From Blasia pusilla (lineage: Eukaryota), in assembly GCA_050084515.1 (NCBI GenBank), contig CM114271.1:6758001-6822000 (forward strand): a stretch of DNA of 64,000 nucleotides, read 5' to 3'. The notes under the pieces are model-generated. The model was not told where the DNA came from. It did no database searches and saw nothing but the letters and a program-made list of their open reading frames with translations. Numbering within the stretch: position 1 is the stretch's first letter; every line of letters begins with the position of its first letter. The translations under genes and the position numbers were made by a program. This document shows, one piece after another, positions 28,600-44,100 of this stretch.

Positions 28600-31500
28600 A
28601 GGGGGCTTCTCATCTAACGACCGAAATCATCAACAACAGAGACAACATCAATAACACCTAGATAACTATAGCTACCACTAAGTGGGCCTCTAGCATTGGC
28701 ATCTCCAACCGTCTGAGCCTGTCGCAAAAACCGGTTTGCCTAGACATGTTGTAAAGCTATGGAGACCGGATGCCTACAATAAAGTATCGTAGTGGCTAAG
28801 GACAACCCATTTCTCGACTAGAGATGATGGGCGCAATCCGTAAGGAACAAGTCAGACCTCTCCCCCATAGCCCCGTACATCTCAATGGCTAGGGGGATAA
28901 ATCGATGTTCGTCATGGAGTCGACTATAAATGTGGGTCTTCTTTACCTCCGCTCCTTGTAGCAATCTCCCTTGTGCCACCACTTGAGCTTGCACCGCCTC
29001 CCGTGTAGGATCCGTCACTACAACATCCGCTACCACCACCTTAGACTCCCGCGTCATGTAGAGATCAACACGGATAAGGGAATCCCGCATGGAGTAGTTC
29101 CTCTCTCTCTACACATGGAAACCACTCTCCCAAGCAATTGATAACATAAAATCCCGTACTGCATCGTGAGTGGCTATCCTCTCACCCCCAACTGGACATC
29201 GTGCCAAAAGCACACCGAGTGGATCCAGACTCCGGCGACACTCACAATGTGTCAAACCAACCACCGATGATTGGGGGAGGCATAGTCCGAACCGCTTCGC
29301 TGTAGTGTAGGTAAGTGGTGCAATGCAGAAAGCCCCCACCCATGAGCCTGCCCCCTTTCCGGAGCAAGAGCGAATACGGGCCTGAACTTCCATGGGGATA
29401 TTCTCATCCAACATAGTAGCTCTGAACACTGCCTCAAAGTGGGCTTCCATCAAAGAAGATTATGGCCCAAACTTTCTGGAGGTAACTAGAGAAGAGAAAG
29501 TGGGATGAACTGCTCTAGCCTCAACTAGAAGGGAGTTTGTACACGCTGTGAGTGAAGACTAAAGTGGAAAAAGACCATCCTCAACTTGGGAAACGTATTG
29601 TACAAGTAGCGATCTATCCCTAACCAAAAATTGGGAGCAAAGGAGGGGTACTAAAGTGGCCCAACTCCCTAAAAAAGCCGAAGATGCTACAAACTCAGTC
29701 GTTATAACAACTACTCCACCAAAGGCAATCGGCCAAGAAGCCTGTCTACGAGCTAACTCTCCTGCAGGGTTCTCTAAGGAGCCGGGTCCTAGTAGATCCC
29801 CAAACATTTGCAATGATCTTTCTATCAATGGATCTATATAAGGAAGAAATATGGCTAGACGCCCACACAGTTCTACAAAGATAATAAGGTCTACGAGCAA
29901 AACAAGAGGCAAGGATGCCATAAGCTACTTGAGGGTCACCAATCCTCATGAGATCGTCGAGGTGGAGAAGAACCTCGTTAAGAGTCATCGCCACAAAACT
30001 TGATACAAAGTCTTGGCTCCCGAGTGGGACTCCCTAGATGCAAAGCCCTCCAATAGGTCTCAAGAATCCGTCGAGTAAATCAATATCAATCGGCAGACCT
30101 GATGGAGACCAAGCCTTGCACTTTCCCACCTTCATGGTGAGGCCGACACGTGCCAACTGTGCTGAAAAGTGCTGAAATGCAGGAACGACCAGGTCTCCAG
30201 GGCCAACAATGTGAGTATCATCTGCCAACGAAAGGAAAATGCAACTTGGGAAAGCCTCCACCATAGAAAGTACCACTTGATAATGAGCCAAAGCAAACAA
30301 TGCACCACCCAAGGGATCACCTTGAGGAGTCTCAGTAGCAGACTCCAAAATTGTGGCCTCCTCCTCAAACCTACTGTGGTGAAAATAGAGGGCTGAAGGG
30401 GCCCCATAGAAAGCCTGCACGAAGGGAATCAGGCTTGCAATAGGAACCCCTCCGTCTCTCAACTCCATGAAGATAACTGCCTGAGATACAGATTTGAAGG
30501 CGTTCTCCATATCAACTTGGAGAACCACCCACTCATGATGTATATCCAGACAAGCCCTAAGGCTACAGTCTCACAACCGGCCAGCGTGGCAACTCCAAAC
30601 AGGTGCGGACTTAGATGTGACTGGAAAGCCTCAAGGAATTGCAAAGCAATAGTGCGACTCACCGACTGCAAGAGCACCTCACCTATGGCGATCGGACGGA
30701 TCCCTCCACCCTTCTTCGATAGCGCCAAAAGTCGCCCGGCCCTCAATACTTGGGCCACTTCTGTTGGCACTCTCCCCTGAGCTAGTGAGAGGCAACCTGA
30801 AGCAACTCAAAAAAGCCGCTAGTAAAGTCCTAAGGAGGAAAGCAATCATGTAGGTGTTCGTACATCATACCGGACAACCCTCCGGCTGCTATCCTAGGGG
30901 GACGTTCTAGTGCATGTGCAAAGAGGGACGGGTTTAAGCATAAATCCGTGTCAGGATGGAATGTCAACCGTTGGACGAGGATGTAGCCTCTGGAGGGTGT
31001 TGATGGTAACAGCGGAAGGAGGAGCCATGTCCATAGGGCGGAGCGCATGAGCCGTTTGTGAGTACTCCCTAGCTCGTCCAAGTGTCCTACATCGTTGAAA
31101 CCTATCTGCTACAAGATCATCCATCGGGAAACCAAGTGAAGTGCTACTTCTGGCATATGCCACAAACTCGCTATGCAGAGACTCCCAATCGCCTTCTTGA
31201 AAAAGCCGCAATCGGGCCACAACCTCTCTATGGCCAGCCTTCCCCCCTTCCCCTCCGATATAACGAAGACATCATTGTGGAAGGAGAAGTAGTAGATACC
31301 AAGAGAGCTCATCCATAGGATCAAGTGCTATCCTATATAGAGGAAGGAGGAAAGCCTGGCGGAGCTCATCCTGAATGGCATGGGGAATCCTATGAAACAA
31401 CCTCGGGCACGGAAAACGGGTCTCGAAGAGGTCTATGATGCTACCAATGTGGGATCTCAACCACTCCCATGCCTTAGGAGGAGGCAATGATGCATGAATC

Positions 31501-31860
31501 ATTGGTGAGCATCCATGCTTGATTGGAGGAACCACCCATCCGAATATATCAAAGTCATGATGTTTAGCCGCTAAGTGGTTCCGAATTCCTAAACGGATGA
31601 AGAATTTAGGACAACAAGGGCATTTTGTATCCCGACTAGATGACCCACGGGCCCCTACATGAGAGGCCGATCCGGGTCGAGGCATGGACATCGCTCACCA
31701 AGAAGAGAACATGGCCCCCTCCATCAAACTTGAGAGACAACCCCCACCAAAATTCGCCCCACAACCCCCATTCGAACTAGCATGAATGGTAATCGGCTCT
31801 CTTCCCGTCTGCGATATTGCTCCCCTAGTATGAACTCTCATCTACCTTCCTCACCTAGGA
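28600..31860 (-). mobile_element. CRE-clade-like non-LTR retrotransposon, near full-length, disrupted
   Basis: N-terminal C2H2 finger CPCCPKFFIRLGIRNHLAAKH; RT motifs GGIRPIAIGE, FGVATLAGCE, DMENAF, QGDPLGGALF, LADD; C-terminal CEC..ARC..THDAVRD, RVDL..ADVVVTDP..KK..FIPLAIE. Confidence 0.85.
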
Positions 31861-32542
31861 CTTTTGGCCCAACCCCCTCCCAAAATAAATTGGAGATAGT
31901 ATGGAGGTACTAATAATGTGGAAAGAGAACAAACAAAACCAGAGAAAATTGGATGGGAATAGAGGTCTACCTAAGGGTGGGATAACGGAGAAAAAACATG
32001 GGTCAAACATGAGCGAGAAATATGCATGGCCACAAGGGAAGGACGTAAAGAAAAAGCGGGGGTGTGGAAGAAAAACATGAGTTATCTTGGAAACATTCAT
32101 AACATGACAACAAGGAAAGACAACAAAGGGGATCCCAATACCTACATGAGAAACCCTAAAAAGATCAGGAATCTAGAAAATAGAATAAAATAATAAACAC
32201 TTCACTATAAGGCTGATGCTATGGATCAAAACCTAGAGGAGACCAAGATCTCTGTTTCGGTGTATCATACAACCCCCCGCCCTCCTCCTTCCCTCCATGG
32301 CATCCTCTTCCCTCGTCCCCGTCCACCTCCACCGCCGTCCCCGTGCCTAATACTTCAAGTTAAATTATTTTTTTATTAATATTGGAGAATTCCTTCTTGA
32401 TTTGTAAGCCTCACGATTGGATAATAAGAAAGTGTTTCACATGTTATGGGAAACATGGAAAAAAATTTGAATTTTTGTGCATCATTATTATTCCCTTCAC
32501 GGGCTATACACGAGGAAAAGTTCTTTAACACCTTTTTTATTT

Positions 32543-32570
32543 CCCGTGCATCGCACGAACACTTTACTAG
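32543..32570 (+). mobile_element. Helitron-type 3' terminus (hairpin + CTAG|T)
   Basis: cgtgc-atc-gcacg hairpin about 10 nt upstream of CTAG (32567-32570), followed by T. Confidence 0.55.
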
Positions 32571-33777
32571 TCTTTACTTTTGTTGGATATGACCGTTTTA
32601 TTTTGGAATCTCTCATGGGAATTTTTAGTCAATAAGATTATTTATTTTCTAAATGAGTATGCGGCCCGGTTTTGGGTTTTTTAAGAGAGTTGAGACAAGA
32701 CTAATACTAATAAGGTGGGAAGAAACAAGGGCAAAGACTAACACTATGGGATGGATGCAATTTAGAGCGCTTCCGGTTCCTACGGAAACACTACAAGAAA
32801 AAAATAACCCGAAAAAGAAAAATACAACAAGTCGAGATGAAGAATGATAGCTCCTCTCCAGTGTCGTGCGCATATACATCGCTATATAACATACATCGTT
32901 GTCACCAAACACACACACAAACACGCACGATCCCATGCTAACAACGAGACAAGAAGTACCAAAATATCTCCAATCAATAAATAAGATCAAATCTCTCATG
33001 AGATTATAGTTCTGACATGTGTGCACTCCCAAACCCACTCTCCTAATGAGAGGCTTGGGTTACACACACAAGGCAAGCAAGACCATAGCTCCGCCGCCTC
33101 ATGCTAAGAGGTTCAACAAAGAGAGAATGAGCTCTCAAGCTCTCTCTCCTTGAGGTATTCCCCTCCCCTCTCCCAAGCTCTCTCCATGGTAACCTCTGCT
33201 CCCAAGTCACCTCCTTGGCTCTTGACATGATGTAGGAGGTCAAGGGCTACTTACCAAAAATAGAAATCGATCATATACTCGAAATAATACTTGCCTAAAA
33301 TAGTAAATTCCTTAATATGGCTCCAAATGAGGCGAAACGAAGGGGAAACCTGCTCTCTCAGGTTTCCCGGGGCCTCACCATGTCATCCTTGACCTCCTGA
33401 GCCTGTCCTTCACTACTCACAAAGGCGCTCTACTAGATCCCATCGATCTATCCTAAAAGACGTGACATTTGTTGTGCGCATACACATCGCTACACAACAT
33501 ACATCGATGTCACCGAACACACACACAAACACGCACGATCCCATGCTAACTCATGGCATCCAAAAAACGAGACAAGAAGTACCAAAATATCTCCAATCGC
33601 TTCCCTAGCTGGTGGTTAGATCGCGCTCACTCCAAATAGCCATCTATCCCTACCTACCATGACATACATCTCTCGGACGCTAAGAGCAAGAAGGTCGGGT
33701 GCTCATGTGGCCCCATCGTTAGTCGCCTTCTTGTCATCCATGTCACAGACACAAGTCGGAATGTAGAACTACCTACT

Positions 33778-36700
33778 CTATGTACATCTGTGACATATCC
33801 ATCGTCCCCTCGGAACCCTAGTGAGAGGTGGTGTCAAACATGTCATATGCCATCCTCTCAAACACCCATCACAAACTAGCATAGTGGCTCCACCACGGGC
33901 GGAACCACACAACATACACTGCAAGCCTGTAGAAACTATTGCTAAGCTCGGATCAACTATACCGTCAATGTTTGAAAGATGACATGGCGCACAGTTACGC
34001 ACATGGTCCTTCCAAACCATATCATCGTGTTCCTCCAATAAGAGAACACCGGATGGCAAAACCTCAAGCACTCTCAAGACGGTGCGCTCTGTAGTCACAT
34101 CCAACATCGGTGGATGCCATCTACTGCAAGTAGACATAGTCTCCCTAATGAAACCTCCGGATAGTAGGTCGATAACCACCTCCCCCAATAGGCGTATACC
34201 TCAACGTATCCCAAAGTTGCGCAATCGCCAAGTTCTCAAACGCCATGGGCATCACTCTCAGAAACAACTCAGCCGTGTGAGAACATGTTCGCATCCATAC
34301 ATCAGGGTCATCAAGGTTCAACACCTTACCAAAATCTCGACGAATGGCCGTAGGTAAATCTAGCTCTCGTCCTTAAAGCAACAAGTACGGTGAGAAAGAC
34401 GCTAAGTATGCCTGCTTGCTGAATCTTTATCCCATCGCCAACCACGGCAACTCAAGGTCTCAATCTCCTAGGTGACCTCTCTACAAGCCATACTTGCGTA
34501 GTCCTCTCTTCACCATCTGCATAACTCGCTCCGCTAGTCCATCCGCCTAAGGATGATCTCGCAAAGTAGTGCGGTGGTCGATCTGTGCCTGATCACACAA
34601 GGCTTGAAACTCCCTGCGGAACTCTGTACCATGGTCTGTCAACACCTCAGTTGGTGTGCAGTAATCACTCAACATTCGATTTTGGAAGGCATACGCTACT
34701 CCCTCACTTGCTTTGTCAGGAAATGCAACCAACTCTATCCACTTCAAGAAGTGCTCGACCATCACCAAAACATAACGACTATGGCGCTCCGTCAAAGGCA
34801 AAGGTCCTGCAAAATCCAAACTCCATCTATAACCTAAACCCATGATCGAAAGTGGATGCAACTGTGGAGTCAGAGCATTGAACAATGCTCAAACTCGATC
34901 ACACGCCATGCATCTGGCAACAAACTGCTAAACGTCAGTCTGCATGCCTCTCCACCAATACTAAATCTGGAGCAAGCTATATGTCCGCTTCAATCCAAAA
35001 TAACCCAACTCCTCGTGTGCATGATGCACCAAACATGCTCTTTGCAAAGGATGAGGCACTACACGCACTCTCACATCCATCCTCCCTACTCACAACACAT
35101 GTGTGCCCTCCCATCGAAACCGTTTGGCTCGCTGTAGGATCCGATCCCGCTCTCTAGCACCCATTGTGCTTGCGACGTTTCCAGTACGCAGGTACTCCAA
35201 GACCACTCCATGGTCGTGAATGTCTTGGCCACTTGTTGTCTCCTCTCCGTCCTTCGGATCTAAGGACTCTCCATCAGACCTCACCATCAAAGTCTCAACA
35301 ATCTGGCTCTCCATAGCCAACAAGCCCAAATAGGCTGACGCATGCCATCCTAGCACCAACTCCTCATCACTCTCACCATGCAAACAAGCTCCAATCGCAT
35401 CTAGCTGACTCGGGCATGGGTTACGGCTCAAACCATCTACATCCTGATTGAGCATCTAAGGTCTATGCACCACCTAGAAGTCATACTCCTGCAACAAACG
35501 GTCCCACCTTGCAAGCTTTCCCGTAAGCTTGTCGGACTCCATCAACCACTTAAGTGGCTCATGATCAATAATGATGGTAAAAGAATTTCCGAATAGATAA
35601 CATCTAAAATGTGCGACAGCCCAGACTGCAGCCAAGCACTCACCCTCATACAAGCTATACTTTTCCTCTGCAACGTTGTTCGAGCGACTAGCATAAGCCA
35701 CCACAAACTCTCTACCATCATCGTCATGCTGGGTGAGCACGGCTCCAAGCCCCAACATGCTCCAATCGGTATGCAACTGGAAAGGACGCCCCCTGATTGG
35801 TCTCCTCAATATGGGCGCGGACGTCAATCTGTCCTTGAGCATATGAAATTCTCTCTCTTGCTCATCCTCCTAGTGCCATTCCTAATCCATCTTGGTTATC
35901 AAGGTTAGCAGCTTCGCAATCAAACTAAAACCCTTGACTTATCGTCGATAGAAGTTCGCCAATCCCATGAATGCATGAACTCGACTCACATCTGTAAGGC
36001 GTGAAATAGCCTCTACCTTTGTTTGTTGCACACCAAGATCCCCAGGATATATCGTATGATCCAAGTACTCAATTTGGTTGTAGAAGAACTTGCACTTGCT
36101 TGGATGTAGCTTCAGCCAATGTAACTACAGTCGTTGAAACACCTCCTCTAGATGTCGCTCATGCTCCTCAACCGTGGCGCTAAAGACTACGATATCATCA
36201 ATATAACACCTAGCAAAATCCTGACTTGCCAAGATTCTATCCATGACCCTCTGAAACTCAGTCGGGGCATTCTTTAATCCGAATGGTAAGAACCGCCATT
36301 GGTTCAAACAATCCTTCCCGTAAGGATTGATGCCCCAAAATGCCGTTTTCTACCTGTCCTCCAATCTAATAGGCAACTGATGGTATCCGACTCGCAAATC
36401 CAATGAATTGAAGACCTTTGCATGCCAATCGCATCAAAGATCTCCTCAGGGATGGGCATGGCATACCTATCGGACTTCGTCTACCGATTGATAGGTCGGT
36501 AATCTCCACACATTCGCTTATCCGTCCAATTGCCATGCACATCCTCCTTGACGGGCATGACAATGGCAGATGCATACTCTCCATGCAACATCTCCACTAG
36601 TCTTGCTCCAACCAAGACATAGCTCCTACTCTAAGTCAAAGCCCTCTCCATGTCACTATACTTGTGGGGTCCTTGGAAGATCGGCGTGTCAGTCGATAAC

Positions 36701-36900
36701 TCAATGCGGATCCCTGGACCCTTCAGCGTACCCAAATCATGCATACTAAATGCAAAACAACTCCTATAACTCCTAAGGAACAAGTGTATCCGGCACCGCT
36801 CTCCTCTTGTCACCTTAGGGCCCATATTTGGCTCCCAAGTCTCCATCGTGACTACGGTAGGACACTCTGGCGAGGGTGTCGGTGGTTGCTACGGTGTAAC
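33778..36900 (-). pseudogene. RT-RNaseH-integrase-PHD, disrupted, copy 2
   Basis: FLPFGLKNAPTEFQRVMDRIL..CYIDD; FQLHTDWSMLGLGAVLTQ..YASRS..EGECLAAVWAV; WSLDFAGPLP..LTDHGTEF; PHD CMLC..CDGC..HMTC..CHRC. Confidence 0.92.
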
Positions 36901-37159
36901 CCCGTCTCGGACAATAGAACTCTAATCTCCACTTGCAATACCCGGAACCACACTCAATGTTGTGGTTATCATCCTCTAGCGTACTAGCAAAACATCCCAA
37001 GAAGTCCAAGGGTGTCTCTCCCGATCATCCCTGGAGTGTCGATCTCCTCTGGTCTAGCCCCCAGCCGCTACCTCAATCGCCTCGGTAGGCATGGGGCTCA
37101 CCAATGCAACAGTTGTGATATGTTGTGTCCTCAAATGACGCTGCTCAGCTATTCATAAG

Positions 37160-38030
37160 TTGAAAATCCATGTCAAGCAGTTCAAGTCCATTGCCTGACC
37201 CAAGACATGACGTCGTGATGCCTCTTATAGTGATGGTACTGCCGTCACTCTTATGGGAAATCCCATCGCTCGCTCTTGCTCATTGGCATTGGGCTCCACC
37301 AACCTATGTACTTGGTCATCCCAAACCAAGCCAGGTCCGGCCTCCTTGAATGCATAGGAAGCAGGAAAACTCACCAATGTGGGAAAGGCTGCCCGTGGCC
37401 TGCCATTCCTGTTGACCACAGTCAACGGCAGTTGATCATCTAGCCTCATTGCCTGTGATCGAAGGCCTGGATCCAATATGGAATCCTCCAACAAATCGGA
37501 GGGGCGCTCCACTCTTGCATATGCCCTCTGTAACACCTCATGTGGTACCAAGTTTAGAAACGTGGAAAACTCACCACGCGGGACCTCGAATCGCCCAAAA
37601 TTGGCACATTCCTCTAAATGTATGTTGGAGAACAAGACTGATGCTCTTGTAAATATCGCAAGATCCACATCATCTCCCAAAATAACCTAGACCCAGTGTC
37701 AGCTAATCTGCTACCTCATCCAGCACTCGATTGGCCCTAACACAACCAACCAAAAATGACCAAGTCTATGGTCCCTACTCGCTCCAAGTCCTGCGCCCCC
37801 AACAATGAAATGTCCCTCGGTAGGGAACTCTTGTAACCCTGAATGGCGGACGTAGACAACAAGTTGAGAAAACGGAGGCGTAATAGCGCCATATGGTGAA
37901 GTGAAGCGCCCTTCGCAAGATCATCAATCTCCACATACAAGTACTGTTGCACGCACACTCCAGAGTGCAAAACAACAGCTAACCAAGTGCTAATCCCTCC
38001 AAAGAGATCCAACGCCAGAATACCCTTCTC
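37160..38030 (-). pseudogene. DNMT3-like C5 cytosine methyltransferase domain, disrupted, copy 2
   Basis: ALDLFGGIST..YLYVEIDD..DISLLGAQDLERVGTIDLVIFGWLC (ORF 37737-38192); EQERAMGFP (ORF 37225-37680). Motif VIII region partly deleted. Confidence 0.85.
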
Positions 38031-38399
38031 TAGGATGCACCACACAATCAAGGTGGTGTCCAAAGGGTTCATAGCATCTCTCTTGGCTACATGGGGTTTG
38101 TTTGACCCGTCACACTCTGGTGCAAACGTCTCGCTCCACACGGTTTGCACATGCTCAGTGGCTAAGCGTCGAAGCTCCTCAGACGAGCCCAATGCGGCAC
38201 CTCTCCTCCACGGATTGATACGGCTACCATGACACTCCTCTCCATAGAAATGTCAGGAACAGGAGTATCCTCTGCATGGACATGTCCCTCAATCAAATCA
38301 CCAGGCCAAGTAATGGCATTGCTAAATGCTGCTAAGGTTGCCATCTCTCTTGGACGTCGCTCGATCATTGCACTTGTGAATCGAACGGGTAATGAGCTA

Positions 38400-40760
38400 A
38401 GGCGCCCATCACCTGACTGTCATCCTGGTCTGTAGGATGTTGACTCCTCCCAATAATCAAGGGAAAAGCCCATTGGGTATAACACAGCTCCACCAACCAA
38501 GACGTCGTATGACTCTCCATCAATCACTATCGCCTTGGCTCGCACCACAGACTCATCTGTAGGATGTCCCGGGCGAATCCTCACCATGACCTCTTGTTGG
38601 GTGATATACTGTGTGGTACTCGCTCCACCCAAGGCTGTCTGTATTCGGAATGGAAAATGCTCCACGTCGTCTCTTTTCAAGCCCAATCCTCTTAATTATG
38701 CTTTCCCCAACATCAGGTGTTGCGCTCCTGAATCCAACAAGATGCGCTGCGGACTAAAAGCTCTACCTCCAGGACTCACCAACTGGAAGACCTCTCCCCG
38801 GTTATCCAGCAACACAACACCATGAGAAACCATGGCATGCTTTATCGCAGGTCTAGCGGGCATCTCCGCCATCCTAGCAGCCGAAGCCTGCCATGAATCT
38901 GACGTGGATGGCCCAAGCATCCGCTCCAAGGGCATGTCTATCACCTCCTCTGCAATCACTTCTAAATGTGATGCAGGAACTCCAACTCCACGATCACATA
39001 GCGTAGTGGCCAGCCGAAAACCTCGGCGGGCGTACCTCCCAATGTCATAACATCGGAAGTAGAAAATAAAGGAGCGCGATACACAACGATGGCCACCCCC
39101 AACAACGTGCTCGACACATGCCCCTCATAAGCATCAAAAATATATATCGTTGTATGCGCTTCTCCCATCGCCCTCCGTGCGTGCACACCAACAATATCAC
39201 CAACTCTTGAGGAACTTTGATCACGACCCATCGATGGGGTCCTCATTGCCTCGGACAACGTGAAAGACTCAGGAAGCCTAGTCTGTTTCCTGGCTTCCCC
39301 TCGCTGTGGATCCAACTCTGCGGTTGCTCCATGCGTCACAACTGCGGTGGCTTCCATCTGGACAACCTCGCACATCCAACCAGGATCCTCCATATCTCTC
39401 GCTGCTTCATATGATGTTGATGCCACGGATCCAGCATCAGGTAACCTCAATGCCATAGCGGCAATCTGCTCATGTAGCTGCTATATCTTAGCAGCCATCC
39501 CAGCCTCACGCCCGACATCTCCCTCGACGCATCTAGATGGTGGGACTCTACCTCCTCCATGGGCAGCTCCACCACCCTATCGAGAAACTCCAGCTCCTCG
39601 CTCCCCAACGGGACCACCTTGTGCACGATCTCTAGGCCCACCGGGACCGGCTACTCACTCTGGTGCCCTCTCTAGTCCTCGCTTCAGACGTCACTCAGGA
39701 TGTAAACTGAAACATCTGACGCATGTATGACCATACCTTTGACAATAGTCATACTGATAACCTCTTGGTGCAGCACCATCTCCTCTCCCATGCTGAGGCA
39801 CACGTCCATGACCCTAACAAGTGCAATCGCGTTGATGATGGGCTCCACCACATGACCAACAAGTAATCGTAGGCGGCTGCTGCTGAGTCGCATATGAAGG
39901 CACAAGTCTCTATGACACGGCCTTGCGGTATCCTCCCTGAGATCGTGGTGCCACAGTCGACCTATCTCGGAGTTCACGTTGCTGCATTGGTGGTGGAGAC
40001 AATCGTGACTGCTCTCGCCCAGAACCCATGGTGGCTACGCTCTCCTCTGCCATGTTGCACTCAATATTATCGGTGGTCCTAAAAACATCTATCAACGTAG
40101 GGGAGGTGTTCATAAGGAGCACCCCCTCCCGCATCCGTGTCCGTAGGGTCCGGTCCAGCATCGCGTACCATGATTGGATAGCCTGAGCCTCTGTCACCCC
40201 CTGAGTGACGTTGATCAACCGGTACAAGCGAGTATAAGCCTCATGCAAACTCTCACCCGGGCACCTTTGAAAGTCGTGGATGCTCCGCAACTTCTCTGTC
40301 CGTACCCCTTGGTAGCTCGCCCTCAACTCAGCGAAGAACTCAACCACGGGGTTGAACCTGGGACGAACCCGACTAGACGGTGCAACTGTTCCAATGCGAG
40401 TGACCCCTCCTAAAACATGAGTAGTGGAAGAGGAAGTAGCCTCTCCTGACTCCTCCTCCTCATATGGGAATGGCTCTATCCATGACACATAGTCTGGGTC
40501 ATCGTAGAGTCGCCATGCCTCAATCTCCTAGGCATATCTGTGGGAGAACTCATGGTAATCGTCCATGGGAGCCCCCTCTAAATGCTGGAACATACCGTTC
40601 CATGTTGTAAACGGATTAAACTCTCTAGAGTTCCTGGCCTGTTGTGAGTCACACCAACTCCTTAACTCCGCAATGAAGTCGTGTAGCTCTATGGTGCCTA
40701 CAGCACCCGAAAACCTACGTGGTCCTCTACCCTGGTCGTCCATCTCGTACACCCAATTGG
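38400..40760 (-). pseudogene. Gag and aspartic protease, disrupted, copy 2 (5' part continues at 53862-54070)
   Basis: RILLDSGAQHLMLG, YDVLVGG; gag ORFs 39910-40488 and 40528-40752 are homologous to copy 1. Confidence 0.8.
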
Positions 40761-41169
40761 GAGGTGCAATAAGAGGAGAGGAAGAGAGGAAGAGAGGAAA
40801 CTACCTTCAACCGAAAGAGACACTTTTTTTTAAAGAGAGTTTCCTGTGATTTGAAGAGAGTTTCTCTTGGGTTGAAGAGAGGAAACTTTTTGTGTGAATT
40901 TTTTTGCACTTTTCTACTCAGTTCTTAAGCACTCCCACAGTTTTCTTTTTCTCATTCACTTTTTGGCAACCCATTTGAGTCCGACGAGTTGCAAATTACA
41001 CAAAATTTAGAAAATTGAAAATCAGTGGAATCATAAGTTTGGAACCAATAACTTTTTCCATCCAAGGTCTGGAAAAAATCTATCATTTGCTCTAAGCTAA
41101 ATAGAGTTCAAGCTCAAAGTGAAGGTTGTGGAAAAATGAAAGTACAATCTAAAACCTCATTTTTCATCC

Positions 41170-44100
41170 TCAAAGTGGTTTGTTTAAAATACTTCGCACT
41201 TCTTTGAGGGACAAAATTGGTTGGTGGATTCCTACTCCTACCTCCGACTCTCTTAAAACTACAAGCAACACATAGTACATGTGCTTATAAGGGAAATACC
41301 TTTTCCCACTTGTCTCTCTTTGGACAAAGTCATCACATGAACATGTGGGAAAGCAACAGATGTGCACCACATACATCCCTATGACACTTGAATTTACAGT
41401 GTTGTTCCCAACCTAATATATCCTTCCTATTCCATTGCCAATCTGGACATCTTTCGTGGCGATGATCTCCATTTTTTCCTCCCGAGTTGATGCAATTCGC
41501 TTTGCTCTCTCCACCGTTGGCCTATACATTTTATTTCTCTTCACCCCATTTCTAGACTCAAAGAGAAATACTGGATTGAAATCATCCACCTTCTCCGAGT
41601 ACATGTTGACATCAATCTTGGGTTGAATACAAAATGCGAAGGTCTCTGTAATGTGAACATGCTCTAAACTTCCTCAGTCTACGAGTATGAAACTGGCACT
41701 TGTAAGATTGTCCACTTTGTCTTGAGTGCAATTCGTACCTATGGCAATGGGCCAAATCGTGGGGGTATTCCCTGGAGCTCTAATGGCAGCCGGATAAGAC
41801 TTTCAAAAAGCCCAAGATTCATTTGGGCAGAAGAAGTACTTCAATTGATTCCCAGTCCTCGTGAAATGATCAAAGGTTTTGAGTCCCCAAAATCCAGCAG
41901 TGGTCGTCCAGTCCTTGTACAGTTCTTATTTAGGAAAGTGCCGCATGCTCTCCTAATGCCATAAGATCCTGCCCTGCAAGTGGATCCACGTCCAGGGTTG
42001 CTCCGAGATATATGCCACCGTTTGAGGTTGCAATCCATCGCAATGACCGGAATCCCATATTGTTGAACCACCCCAGCGATCGGATGTTGCGAACTTCCAG
42101 CAACTAAGGGCTTTTGAAAAAAAACATTCACGGATTTTGGAGAAGTTACTCCATCACGGATTTGGGAGCAATCCGGGGTCTCCAAATACATGGGCGGCGT
42201 GATTTCCTCGTCCAAATCAATCACCGGGTTCCTCGATGTTGCCTCTTTACCTGCGTGAAGTCAAGATACTTATCTGGTCTCCACGAGTCTCGCTCGGACT
42301 GGTCTACCACCATATGTATGGGACGTCTTGAAACGCGCCCACAAATATCCCCACCAATGTGTACGTCTTGCTCCAGGGAAGTTTCAACTACGCACCAATT
42401 GAAGGCTTTCACATAGAGTTTCTCATCACCCGATCTCACAGCCGCCTTGACATAGAGCTCGTAGATCAAAGGCCCCCCTTCCTTTTGTTATGCCTTTTGT
42501 GAGGAAGATATGGGATGATGCAGACTATAGCATTGCTCTTGCCTGGTCTTGTTGGCATGCTTCCATAAGTGAAATTCTTTGGCATGCTTGTGACGACCTC
42601 CAAGAGGAATGAACACTTTCTGCTCCACTTGTGTTGGGGCAAAGGGTATTTTCATGAATGTTCAATCCCTGCAACAACGGCAATATGAGAAGGGAACCAA
42701 AATAGCTCCAAAGTTAGAGAAAAAAGCTACATGTTGGAACTACACGGGTTGCAAGTCAAAGGTATCCCATGAATGACTCTGTGACCCGTCAGGTTCCGAT
42801 GTGTTGCAACACTCACGAACCACCTACTGCAACCCATCCGATTCCGAAGGGTTGCAAGAAACTTTGGCCACTCCAAGTTGGAAGATCCAAGTGCAAGTCA
42901 TCCCAAACCCATCCGGGTCAAATTATTTGCAGGCCTTGTATACATGCAACTTGCATACTTTTATTTGGGTTACACCAACATTCTTGATGCAACCCGTCGG
43001 TTTCCGACTGGTTGCACACTTAGGCAACCTGTCCGTTTCCGACGGGTTGCACACTCGGGCAACCTTCCCCATCCGACAAGTTGCTTGGTTTCTTCGGCTT
43101 GAAATCCCTATAGTGCCCGCGCTTCTCAACTTGAGCTGCAACTTTTCAAACAATTCTCAGCGTGAGCTTGACAAGACAAAATAGTTAACTCACTTGCCGC
43201 ATGAAGTTTCCCCATTATCTCATTCGTACAGTCCACCAACTCATCCAAGAGCACAACTCTTTGTACTTCCCCTCAATTGCATGCTTCCTCCACCACCCAT
43301 GAAGTTCTTCTTGGCATTCCATGGCATGTTTCAAGGTTTTGTAGTCCTCGCAGCGTTGGAGTAGAGTGACATGCTCTGTCCTCTTATTCTCCTTGATGCA
43401 AGATTTGTTGTACCAAGTCACAGACTCTTGCTAATGGAAAGCATCCAACCTTTCCCTCTCCGGTTGAACCTCTCCACCCTAGAACACTTCCCTGATAGCA
43501 ATCCACCCAGGTTGTGCATTGTCCCCCACGAACCCATAAATTTCCGGAGGTGGCCTTTTCTTTTCCTTCACCACCTCCAATAAGAGTAACCAACATATCT
43601 TCAAACTGCCAACGTCTTCTGCTTTTACTTCACAGACAAATATAGTTTTGAGTCCCTTCTCCACATGGTCATAAACATGAGCACCCATGGTCAACCATCC
43701 ATTCAGCACTCTGTAGCAAATATCAAAGCTTACCCAGCTTCTGTGAAGATCTTCCCCTTCATTCATTCGATCTATAATATCGAGGTCACTCGACGGTCCT
43801 GTCGTTGATATTTTTGAAGATATAAGCCCTGGATCCTTCGCCTCCTTGGCCCATGAACTGCCATCTCTAAGTGAATGGAAATGTGGAGTTGGCCTTGATT
43901 CTGGAAATGACATCCATTTCGGCCATCTTTCCATCCAGTACCTGTATTTGACGTAGCAAATTTCGAAAACATTCAGGATCGGCGAGAAATGCGAGATTTT
44001 TCGTGAGTTGTTTCTCCTCAATAGTCGTGATCTCACCCTGCCCAAGAATTCCAAGCAGTTGTTCACAAATTTGTGATGTTGTTGTTAACTTGATCACTCC